A stretch of DNA of 64,000 nucleotides from Eledone cirrhosa (lineage: Eukaryota), in assembly GCA_964016885.1 (NCBI GenBank), contig OZ024746.1, forward strand, positions 23,746,001 to 23,810,000, in the 5' to 3' direction. The notes under the pieces are model-generated. The model did not search any database. It had not been told where the DNA came from and worked only from the letters and a program-made list of their open reading frames with translations. The position numbers and the translations under genes were made by a program. This document shows, one piece after another, positions 50,793-61,780 of this stretch; position 1 is the stretch's first letter, and each line of letters starts with the position of its first letter.

Positions 50793-53700
50793 CTACCAAA
50801 CAGTAACAGTATCAGCAGTAACAACAACAGCAGCGGCAGCACCAGTAGAAGCAGTAACAACAGCAACAACAGTAACAGCAACATCACTTTTACCAGCAGT
50901 AGTAGCAGTAACAACAGCAGCACTACCACCTCAACTACCAACAACAGCAGTAACACCACAACTACCAACAACAGCAGTAGCACCACAACTACCAACAACA
51001 ACAGTAGCACCACAACTACCAACAACAGCAGTAGCACCACAACTACCAACAACAACAGTAGCACCACAACTACCAACAACAGCAGTAACACCACAACTAC
51101 CAACAGCAGCAGTAACACCACAACTACCAACAACAGCAGTAACACCACAACTATCAACAGCAGCAGTAACACCACAACTATCAACAGCAGCAGTAACACC
51201 ACAACTACCAACAACAGCAGCAGCACCACAACTACTAACAACAGCAGCAGTAACACCACAACTACCAACAGCAGCAGTAACACCACAACTACTAACAACA
51301 GCAGCAGTAGTAGCAGCAACAACAGTAACCACAGCAGCGCCACAACTACCAACAACAGCAGTAGCACCACAACTACCAACAACAGCAGTAACACCACAAC
51401 TATCAACAGCAGCAGTAACACCACAACTACCAACAACAGCAGCAGCACCACAACTACTAACAACAGCAGCAGTAACACCACAACTACCAACAGCAGCAGT
51501 AACACCACAACTACCAACAGCAGCAGTAACACCACAACTACCAATAACAGCAGTAACACCACAACTATCAACAGCAGCAGTAACACCACAACTACCAACA
51601 ACAGCAGTAACACCACAACTACCAACAGCAGCAGTAACACCACAACTACTAACAACAGCAGCAGTAGTAGCAGCAACAACAGTAACCACAGCAGCACCAC
51701 AACTACCAACAACAGCAGTAGCACCACAACTACCAACAACAGCAGTAACACCACAACTACCAACAGCAGCAGTAGCACCACAACTACCAACAACAGCAGC
51801 AGCAACACCACAACTACCAACAACAGCAGTAACACCACAACTACCAACAACAGCAGTAGCACCACAACTACCAACAACAGCAGTAACACCACAACTACCA
51901 ACAACAGCAGTAACACCACAACTACCAACAACAGCAGTAACACCACAACTACCAACAGCAGCAGTAACACCACAACTACCAACAGCAGCAGTAACACCAC
52001 AACTACCAACAACAGCAGTAACACCACAACTACCAACAACAGCAGCAGCACCACAACTACTAACAACAGCAGCAGTAACACCACAACTACCAACAGCAGC
52101 AGTAACACCACAACTACTAACAACAGCAGCAGTAGTAGCAGCAACAACAGTAACCACAGCAGCACCACAACTACCAACAACAGCAGTAGCACCACAACTA
52201 CCAACAACAGCAGTAACACCACAACTATCAACAGCAGCAGTAGCACCACAACTACCAACAACAGCAGCAGCAACACCACAACTACCAACAACAGCAGTAG
52301 CACCACAACTACCAACAACAGCAGTAACACCACAACTACCAACAACAGCAGTAACACCACAACTACCAACAACAGCAGTAACACCACAACTACCAACAGC
52401 AGCAGTAACACCACAACTACCAACAGCAGCAGTAACACCACAACTACCAACAACAGCAGTAACACCACAACTACCAACAACAGCAGTAACACCACAACTA
52501 CCAACAACAGCAGTAGCACCACAACTACCAACAACAGCAGTAACACCACAACTACCAACAACAGCAGTAACACCACAACTACCAACAACAGCAGTAACAC
52601 CACAACTACCAACAACAGCAGTAACACCACAACTACCAACAGCAGCAGCAGCACCACATCTTCTAACAACAACAACAGCAGTAGCAGCAACAACAGTAAC
52701 CACAGCAGTAACACCACAACTACCAACAGCAGCAGTAACACCACAACTACCAACAACAGCAGTAGCACCACAACTACCAACAGCAGCAGTAACACCACAA
52801 CTACCAACAGCAGCAGTAACACCACAACTACCAACAACAGCAGCAGCACCACATCTTCTAACAACAGCAGCAGCACCACAACTACTAACAACAGCAGCAG
52901 TAACACCACAACTACCAACAGCAGCAGTAACACCACAACTACTAACAACAGCAGCAGTAGTAGCAGCAACAACAGTAACCACAGCAGCACCACAACTACC
53001 AACAACAGCAGTAGCACCACAACTACCAACAACAGCAGTAACACCACAACTATCAACAGCAGCAGTAGCACCACAACTACCAACAACAGCAGCAGCAACA
53101 CCACAACTACCAACAACAGCAGTAGCACCACAACTACCAACAACAGCAGTAACACCACAACTACCAACAACAGCAGTAACACCACAACTACCAACAACAG
53201 CAGTAACACCACAACTACCAACAGCAGCAGTAACACCACAACTACCAACAGCAGCAGTAACACCACAACTACCAACAACAGCAGTAACACCACAACTACC
53301 AACAACAGCAGTAACACCACAACTACCAACAACAGCAGTAGCACCACAACTACCAACAACAGCAGTAACACCACAACTACCAACAACAGCAGTAACACCA
53401 CAACTACCAACAACAGCAGTAACACCACAACTACCAACAACAGCAGTAACACCACAACTACCAACAGCAGCAGCAGCACCACATCTTCTAACAACAACAA
53501 CAGCAGTAGCAGCAACAACAGTAACCACAGCAGTAACACCACAACTACCAACAGCAGCAGTAACACCACAACTACCAACAACAGCAGTAGCACCACAACT
53601 ACCAACAGCAGCAGTAACACCACAACTACCAACAGCAGCAGTAACACCACAACTACCAACAACAGCAGCAGCACCACATCTTCTAACTACAACAACAGCA

Positions 53701-53993
53701 GTAGCAGCAACAACAGTAACCACAGCAGTAACACCACAACTACCAACAACAGCAGTAACACCACAGCTACCAACAACAGCAGTAACACCACAGCTACCAA
53801 CAACAGCAGCAGTAACACCACAACTACCAACAGCAGCAGTAACACCACAACTACCAACAGCAGCAGTAACACCACAACTACCAGAAGCATCAGCATCAGC
53901 CCAGCAGTAACAACAGCAGCAGTAATGGAGACAGCAGCACCACACCTACTAACAGCAGCAGAACCAGCAGTACAACAACAACACCAGCAGTAA
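50793..53993 (+). CDS. Stop-free in-frame continuation (TTTTNNSSN repeats); +1 frame reads PQLPTTAVT repeats (50770-53910)
   Basis: Manual translation; lacks an early start codon so is absent from the ORF track; single-base indels near 50799, 53900 and 53971 switch registers. Confidence 0.25.
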   Translation, partial: LPNSNSISSNNNSSGSTSRSSNNSNNSNSNITFTSSSSSNNSSTTTSTTNNSSNTTTTNNSSSTTTTNNNSSTTTTNNSSSTTTTNNNSSTTTTNNSSNTTTTNSSSNTTTTNNSSNTTTINSSSNTTTINSSSNTTTTNNSSSTTTTNNSSSNTTTTNSSSNTTTTNNSSSSSSNNSNHSSATTTNNSSSTTTTNNSSNTTTINSSSNTTTTNNSSSTTTTNNSSSNTTTTNSSSNTTTTNSSSNTTTTNNSSNTTTINSSSNTTTTNNSSNTTTTNSSSNTTTTNNSSSSSSNNSNHSSTTTTNNSSSTTTTNNSSNTTTTNSSSSTTTTNNSSSNTTTTNNSSNTTTTNNSSSTTTTNNSSNTTTTNNSSNTTTTNNSSNTTTTNSSSNTTTTNSSSNTTTTNNSSNTTTTNNSSSTTTTNNSSSNTTTTNSSSNTTTTNNSSSSSSNNSNHSSTTTTNNSSSTTTTNNSSNTTTINSSSSTTTTNNSSSNTTTTNNSSSTTTTNNSSNTTTTNNSSNTTTTNNSSNTTTTNSSSNTTTTNSSSNTTTTNNSSNTTTTNNSSNTTTTNNSSSTTTTNNSSNTTTTNNSSNTTTTNNSSNTTTTNNSSNTTTTNSSSSTTSSNNNNSSSSNNSNHSSNTTTTNSSSNTTTTNNSSSTTTTNSSSNTTTTNSSSNTTTTNNSSSTTSSNNSSSTTTTNNSSSNTTTTNSSSNTTTTNNSSSSSSNNSNHSSTTTTNNSSSTTTTNNSSNTTTINSSSSTTTTNNSSSNTTTTNNSSSTTTTNNSSNTTTTNNSSNTTTTNNSSNTTTTNSSSNTTTTNSSSNTTTTNNSSNTTTTNNSSNTTTTNNSSSTTTTNNSSNTTTTNNSSNTTTTNNSSNTTTTNNSSNTTTTNSSSSTTSSNNNNSSSSNNSNHSSNTTTTNSSSNTTTTNNSSSTTTTNSSSNTTTTNSSSNTTTTNNSSSTTSSNYNNSSSSNNSNHSSNTTTTNNSSNTTATNNSSNTTATNNSSSNTTTTNSSSNTTTTNSSSNTTTTRSISISPAVTTAAVMETAAPHLLTAAEPAVQQQHQQ

Positions 53994-54040
53994 CGGAAAC
54001 AGCAGCACCACAACTACCAACAACAGCAGTAACAACAGCA
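50930..54040. repeat. 27-bp minisatellite (~105 units) with 825-bp higher-order duplication
   Basis: Unit CCACAACTACCAACAACAGCAGTAACA; markers at 52661/53486, 52856/53681, 52150/52975, 52696/53521. Confidence 0.95.
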
Positions 54041-54354
54041 AGATAGAAACCACGTGTATTATTGAATAAGAAGTAATCATTATTGAACAGTTAAACAGCA
54101 AATGTGTGTCATGAATGTCACCAGTAAGATGTGAAGTCGTCAGTCACGTGCTGTGTACACCCAACATATTTGTAGCAGTTAGTTCTAAATCTAGAATATT
54201 TCTCAAATATGTAATGGAATATTTTCAAACATCTTCAAATACATTAGACTCAGCTTTCATTTAAAAAAATAATAACAATTTTATATATATCTATATATCT
54301 ATATATCTATATATATAAATATATATCTATATATCTATATATCTATATATATAA

Positions 54355-54448
<94 letters not shown>

Positions 54449-54545
54449 CATTAAAAATGTTTTTAAAATATAAAAAAATAGGTATATGGTGTGTATATAG
54501 ATATAAATATGTGTATATATTATGTAGACAATATCTATCTATATC

Positions 54546-54581
<36 letters not shown>

Positions 54582-54947
54582 CGTGTATATGTATAAATAA
54601 ATATGCATATATATGTGTGCATGTGTGTGTAAATCATTTTATATATTATATACATAATCACTTTATACATATAAATTTATATATACACACATGCATATAT
54701 GATGTTTGCGAGTGAGTGTATATATCCCCATCAACATCATCACACATGTGTATGTGTGTATAACATCAGACATACACAACTGTGAGTGCTGTTTGTTTTA
54801 TAGTGGAAGAAGGTGTGTTTTACGATGGTAGAAAGTGCACTCAGCACATGTTTCAGTACATAATTATTAAATTTTGACTGCTGTTTTTTGTTTTATGACA
54901 AAAATGTTCTATGTAATGTTTCCTCTGGCAACACAACAGATATTCCA

Positions 54948-54989
54948 TTGCCTGAAGAAACTAGAATTTGGAGCAACTTTCAGTAGCAA
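54948..54989 (+). ncRNA. Degenerate hammerhead-like motif (possible Penelope-type relic)
   Basis: TTGC-CTGAAGA-weak stem II-GCAA(for GAAA)-CTTTCAG-TA-GCAA, AATAAA ~18 nt downstream. Confidence 0.25.
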
Positions 54990-55099
54990 CAGATAAACAT
55001 CTACCAAATAAATTTATTTATATATGTATATACACACACATATATAAATGTTTATTTACATAAACATTTTGTATATGATTCAGTATACAACCTCTGTCA

Positions 55100-55662
55100 T
55101 ACCCAGCCCATACTGTAAAGTGGTCATGTAAGTGTCACAACAAAAAGCACCCAGCCCATACTGTAAAGTGGTCATGTAAGTGTCACAACAAAAAGCACCC
55201 AGCCCATACTGTAAAGTGGTCATGTAAGTGTCACAACAAAAAGCACCCAGCCCATATTGTAAAGTGGTCATGTAAGTGTCACAACAAAAAGCACCCAGCC
55301 CATATTGTAAAGTGGTCATGTAAGTGTCACAACAAAAAGCACCCAGCCCATACTGTAAAGTGGTCATGTAAGTGTCACAACAAAAAGCACCCAGCCCATA
55401 TTTTAAAGTGGTCATGTAAGTGTCACAACAAAAAGCACCCAGCCCATACTGTAAAATGGTTATGTAGGTCTCACAACAAAAAGCACCCAGCACCCACTGT
55501 AAATGTGCTTGGTGTTAGGAAGGACATCCAGCTGTAGAAGCGAAGGCAGAAATAGTTCTGTATGAGCAAGATATGGTCACCTGACCCGATTGCCTCAAAT
55601 GGGACAACCCTTCTAACCCATGGTAGCGTGGAAAATAGACGTTAAATGATGATGATGATGAT
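55100..55662 (+). repeat. 48-bp tandem array (8 units) forming the front of a family-B retroposon
   Basis: ACCCAGCCCATACTGTAAAGTGGTCATGTAAGTGTCACAACAAAAAGC from 55101 every 48 bp to 55485, then B body and tail. Confidence 0.95.
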
Positions 55663-55857
55663 AATATATATTTATTATGGCTAAGTAGCATGTCTAGTTA
55701 CTCTGGAGTTTCACATGCACTCTCACAATATCATCAGACAAGACAGAGTAACAAGGCTCATTACTTAGTCATAATAAATGTATACTTAAATTCTACTTCA
55801 GTATTGAGACTCTTTTCTTTCCTCTGTCTACATACTGATATAAAGTTATATATATAT

Positions 55858-56160
55858 ATCATCATTTTCATCATCATTTCATTTTATGTCCGCTTTTTCC
55901 CCGCTTGCAAGGGTGGGACGGGAACTGATTCTGGCTTGATTTCTACAGCTGGATGCCCTTCCTAACACCAACCTCATTTACACGTCATTCCACTTTACAG
56001 TGGAATGATAGGGACATCTCATTTCTACAGCTGAGTAAACTGGAGCAATGTGAAATAAAGTGTCTTGCTGAAGGAAACAACACATCACCCGGTCTGAGAA
56101 TTGAACTCACAACCTTTCGATTGCAAGGCCAATGCTCTAACCACTAAGCCATGTGCCTCC
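55858..56160 (-). mobile_element. SINE family F, full length
   Basis: Head GGAGGCACATGGCTTAGTGGTTAGAGC..GAGTTCAATTCTC (A/B boxes), CAGCAAGACACT block, RTE-type tail. Confidence 0.9.

Positions 56161-56253
<93 letters not shown>
56161..56253. repeat. (TA)n(CA)n microsatellite
   Basis: Visible directly; other CA/TG tracts at 58690-58860 and 63216-63300. Confidence 0.95.
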
Positions 56254-56258
<5 letters not shown>

Positions 56259-56371
56259 TGGGTAACTGAGACTGTACTAATGTGTATATAAATATACACA
56301 TATCTAATATGTAGACATGTAAACATGCTAGAAAATATAAATTTCCCAGTAAATTAAAAAAAAAGTAATAA

Positions 56372-56420
56372 ACACATTTAATTGATTTTCGGATCTAATT
56401 GGGCCCTTATCAGAAGGTGT
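56372..56420 (-). ncRNA. Degenerate minimal type-I hammerhead ribozyme motif
   Basis: Minus strand ACACCTT-CTGATAA-GGGCCCAATTAGATCC-GAAA-ATCAAT-TA-AATGTGT; one core mismatch (G8A). Confidence 0.45.
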
Positions 56421-57495
56421 ATATCTCATTCAAACAACCACAAGGAAACATATTTCGCTCTTAGTATTATTCTGAAATGAATGTACTAATTTGCATATAA
56501 TTATTGCTTGTGTTGGTAATTTAATAAAATATATTTTGCTACCAGCTAAAAGGCATGATAAAGTTGTATCTGTATACACACATAATGTGTAACCGAGACA
56601 GCACCACATATATAGTCACACATATATATATTTGATACACAATATTAGTTATATATGCAGGAAAGTATCAGTTTTATAAATATTGTTCTCAAAGACATGT
56701 ATTTTCCATTACCAGATCCATGTACATCTAAACATGGCTGATGTAGCCATAACAAGACATACATGCAACTTCTAGTAATGGAAAATATATACCTTTGACA
56801 ACAATATCTATAAAACAGATACTTTCCTGAATGTGCAACTAATACCATGTATTTATATAAAGACAAAAAATGGAAGTCATGTGTGTCACAAGTGGTATAA
56901 TATTAGCAATGATGACTGTGGTCATCGACTATCAAAATGGACATACACTGTTTTTACACCTACCAAATGTAGTGGTGTCACAGTGTCAGACAAAATAGTC
57001 AGACACTGATCCTGGAGTAGTAAGATGAAATCAAAACAAAATGAAAAACTTACATGTATAGAATTAAATATATGGCATTTAATTTGTACAATACATGACA
57101 GAAAAAAGGTCAGTTACACATGGAGATGAAGACACACAGAGAAAGTAATGCTCACCAAAGAAAATTTTGGCTGGTTTTAACCACCACAACTAGATGATAT
57201 GGAAGACACCAAGATAAAAAAGTGACAATAGTCAGATGATAGGAAAGGAGATATGTAACAATAGAATATGCAAATTAATAAAAGAAGAAGAGGAGAGGAG
57301 ATAATAAAGGAGTGCGGAAAGTGGAGAGGTGCTGTTCTGAGAAAGACTCGTCCAATCCATGCAAGTGTTGAACAGTGGACATAAATTGATGATGGTGATG
57401 GTTACTCTCTGCTGCAACTTTTAGTCTCATTGATTGCCACAGATCATACAACTTACTATGGTTGCATTATTAGCAACAAGCCATGAATTTCAGAG

Positions 57496-57689
57496 TAACA
57501 ATAAATAATAATTGTTTCTACTTGTGGCACAAGGCCAGCAATTACCCAGTTCATTACTGGTACTTTATTTTATCGACCTGGTAAGGATGAAAGGCAAAAT
57601 TAATCTCGACGGGATTTGAACTCAGACCATAAAAGGACGTAGCTATGCTGGAAAGCATGGCGTCTGACCCTCTAACAATAAATAATAAT
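57496..57689 (-). mobile_element. SINE family A short form, 5'-truncated
   Basis: 17-bp TSD TAACAATAAATAATAAT at 57496-57512 and 57673-57689. Confidence 0.9.
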
Positions 57690-57960
57690 GCTAGTAAATA
57701 TAATGTATATATATAATATCCTCAACTTTGGTATTGAGCGCTTTTTCTTGTGTTTGTAAACCCAAATGTATGGAGATACTCTTTTATGTGTTCCAGCCAA
57801 CAGGTTGAGGCCATCCTGGGGCATTGGCATTGATATATATATATATATTTATATAGTGGTAAGAAACTCTCAGGAGACCTGGACAGCAGAAGTTCTTCAG
57901 ATAAAAACCCCACCCTCAAGTAAGTGTTTCTGCCCTTAAATTTTTGGGATTGAAACGCTG

Positions 57961-57993
<33 letters not shown>

Positions 57994-60900
57994 TAAGGAT
58001 TTTCTGTCCTACAATTAAACTTTTACCATTTCGAAAACAAATCAAAAATAAATCATTTTGATTTAATTTGGATCAAATCTCTCTCAAGGTGTGGTTGTGG
58101 TTTTACTAACAGGTGGCAGAAAGATTTCAGCTACACACCTGTCAATCAAACCATAACCATAACCATACATTAGAGAGGGAGAGAGACATTTGGCTGTGCA
58201 AATGTGTGAAATCGAACACATTATATAGATGCAGGGATACATTTTTGAAGTCATACCAGAGATTTTAGGGTAAGGAGGTCCATGTTTAAGCATACTAATC
58301 AAACTGGTCCAGTTAGGTAAGTGCCTTTAAACACAAAGCTGTAGGTCTGACATATCTGTCCAGGAAAATCTGAGACCAAAAGCAATCCTCTTTGTCATAG
58401 TCCCCAATGATGTTGCTAAGATGACCCCCCCCCCCCCCTCTCCAAAACACCTTGCATTTGAGCCAACAGAAATGCTCTGTACTATGGTACCAATGATATT
58501 GTTCAGGTGAACCCCACTCCCTTCCACATCCTGCACATTTTTAATCATGCACATTTTTAATCATCAATTTTTAAATCTTGGTACAAAAGCAATTCTCCTG
58601 TGGCATGATTTTTGTTGGTAATTTGGTTAAGAGGTTTTTTTTTAAGCCTAACACAGTCGCTAGCCAGAAGAAGCAGCGCAGGCTTATCAGTGTGTATGTT
58701 AGTAAACATGTATGTGTGCATGTGTTTGTATGTGCATGCATGCATATATTTGTGTGTACATGCAAGTGTGTGTGTGTACATGCACACATGTATGTGTTTG
58801 TGTGTGTATGTGTGTGTGCATGAATGCATGTATGTGCATGTGTTTGTATGTGTGTGCATCATCATCATCATCATCATCTTCATCTTCGTTTAATGTCCAT
58901 CTTCCACGCTATTACATATATGTATGTGTGTGCATGCATATATGTATGTGTGCTAGCATGTATGTATGTGTCAGTATGGAAAGGAAATATTAAATGATGG
59001 AAAATACCAATATGTTCTTCTGCCATTGTCTCTTCCTTGTTATTTCCTCATTAATTGTTTTAAATTCATATCATTTTATTTTTAGTTGGATAGAAATGCC
59101 AGGAAATGACACATTGACAACTAACTTGCCTAATTTATTTTTAAATTCATTTGGTTCTGAAAAAAATCACCCAAGCCTTAATTTCAAGAAAATATTTCTG
59201 CTTTCAAATCTCATTTGAAAATGAAATATTTGCTATTAATTAAACCAAACATTTTTCTAAAAACTTTATTGATTTTGAGTATGTTCTTACAGTTATATCG
59301 AAGACTATATAATTGGTGAAGCTATGTATATATATGTGTATGCGTGTGTGTATACATATATATATATGTATACATACATACATATATATATATAAACTCG
59401 CATAAGTGCCTGAAGAAATGTCACACATTTGATGCCTCTTGTATTCTGGAGGTATGGTCAAATTTGGGCCTTGAAACCTTGGGAAGCGACTTTATTTTAT
59501 GTATGAACATATATAAATAATATAATATATGTGTATACACACATGCCAACACAAGAGCAAGAATGAAGGGTTCATTCTACTGACATGGCTTTAAAAATGA
59601 GGCTTGTTTGCATAATTTCAAACTAATTGAATATTATTAATATTCGAAAAACTCAGATTACATTTATTGTATTCAGCCATGTAGAGCGAAATTTTAATTT
59701 TTTAATTTTAATTTTTACTATTTTTTTCATATATATATATATATATATATATTTCATGATTCTGAAAATTTCAGTTAGACTTTGTATTGGAAATACCTTA
59801 AAACTAAACAATTGGAATTGCTGATTAGAATATATTTTATCATGGCAGTTTTCTAAAATGATTTTGTTTGATATTATAGAAAGGAAATAAACTATTTTAT
59901 CTGGAACATATCATTTATGTAATAGTTAACAATAGCTTGCTTCTGTTGGTTATCAGAAATAACTATCACAATTATTAAGTTAAATATAACGGTGACTAAT
60001 TAATTCATGTTTTTACCCTAAAACCATACCATCAGTGGCCTTTGTTTTTGTTTTTTAAATATTTTCCTGAAAACATCAACCGTCCATTATATCACTGTTT
60101 CATATTTTATTCAGTTTTAATTTGTATAACACAACTGGATTAAAATTAGAATGGTTTTATTGAATGCTGTTTACTCACTGCGTTCATTTTCATCATCATC
60201 GTCATCATCGTCATCATAATTTTATGTCCATTTTTCCATGCTAGCAAAGGTTGGATGGGTTTTCATGGTCTGAGGCTAGACTCGTCAGACAGCCATACCT
60301 TGCTCATATCTTCTATATTTGACTTGGTTTCTGTACCTATCATCTGCTGTGTTATACTACTGCCTTCCCAAACAGTGTCAATGTGAAGACACATAGAAAG
60401 AAACATGCACACATATGAATGTATGCATACAAATATAAAATAACAAGCTTCTGCACAGTTTTTGTCTACCAAATTTCATTTGCAAGACATTAGTCAGCCT
60501 GAGGCTCTATATTAGAAGAGACTTACCCAAGAAGGCATATAAGGGGTATACAACCCAAAGCCACCTGGCTGCAAAGCAAACTCTTTAACCAACCTGCCCA
60601 AAACTATCTTTGGTTCTATTAAACAAAACAACTTCGTTTAAACATAATTTGATACAAGAGCCTTTTTGTTAAATTGTATTATAAATATCATTTTAATAAT
60701 GAAATAATGAATTATTTTAGTAAATCCCTCCAAATTCTTCATTAATTGAAATAGAGTGTATCTCATACTTTTTATGTCCAGTTTTCCATTCTGGTATGGG
60801 TTGAATGTGATGTTTTAAGTCAATGTTTTACAGCTAGATACCTTTCCTGATTCCAACACCTTTAGTTATATGTTACAACATGCAAAGATATGATGCATCT

Positions 60901-61489
60901 ATTCTAAAAGCACAGGATACACAAGACAGTGTTTCATTATAAATATGTTAATAAAAAAGTTAAACACCTTTTGTATTAAAATGAGATACAAAAAGATAAA
61001 ATCTTCTAAAGATAGAAGTAGAAGTCATAGATCGATTAGACTCTAAATATGTATGTAGCAAAAAGGGCAGAGGGTATATTATACATGCGGATATGTTTTC
61101 AAAAATGTTTACTTAGTTTAAATGTACTCACTTCAAATGACAAGATTGCAAATACGCCATCATCATCAGCATCATTTAATGTCTGTTTTCTCTGTTTACA
61201 AGGGTTGAACGTGTTGATACCAATTGTCTACAAATAGTATTTGATATATCAGCAATATTTCTTATTTAGGAATCAGCATAATTGAACATTGTTTGTCTCA
61301 AAGAGAAGAAATTACTAAACTAAATTAATAAAAAACTACATAAGATCTTTCATGTTTTGATAACATTATTGTTACAGCTGATGAAAAACTATAGTTAAAA
61401 TATATACTTTCTCCTTCTTGAATGAGAAACTGAATATTTAAGGGAAATATATGACACTGAGATTTTGATGGATAAGATGGCATGTTGGT

Positions 61490-61780
61490 GACATGACAAA
61501 AAACATCTAGTCCTCCCTGTAAGGTGACCATGCTGGTGACAATGAAAAAACACCCAGTCCAACCTGTCAGTTGGTTGTTTTGGTGCTATGATAAAAAACA
61601 CCCAGTTCACACTGTAACATGGTTGGGGTTAGGAAGGACATCCATCCATAGAAACCAAACCAGAAACAGTTCTGTATAAGCAAGACACAGTCACCTGATC
61701 TGACTTGTCTCACAATAGGACAACTCATCTAATGCATGCTAACATGGAAAAATGGATGTTAAACAGTGATCATAATGATG
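61490..61780 (+). mobile_element. Family B retroposon segment with three copies of the front module
   Basis: AAAAAACA(CC/TC).AGT at ~61498, 61545, 61593, then B body and tail. Confidence 0.8.

Noticed and set aside
55100-55500. CRISPR-like array or 137-aa repeat protein (LGAFCCDTYMTTLQYG)
   Set aside because: Contiguous 48-bp units with no unique spacers, derived from a retroposon module; the ORF follows from the unit length being a multiple of three; no cas genes, eukaryotic context
56085-56160. tRNA gene
   Set aside because: A and B boxes present but no complete acceptor stem; runs directly into a SINE body; the same applies to the other tRNA-like heads
56975-56992. Iron-responsive element (CAGTGT loop)
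   Set aside because: Flanking bases do not form the 5-bp upper stem with a bulged C
58105-58322. Plus-strand exon (TACTAACAG ... TAG/GTAAGT)
   Set aside because: The longest frame stops before the donor and shows no recognisable homology
59408-59435. Hammerhead-like CTGAAGA plus hairpin
   Set aside because: No GAAA after the stem and no stem I
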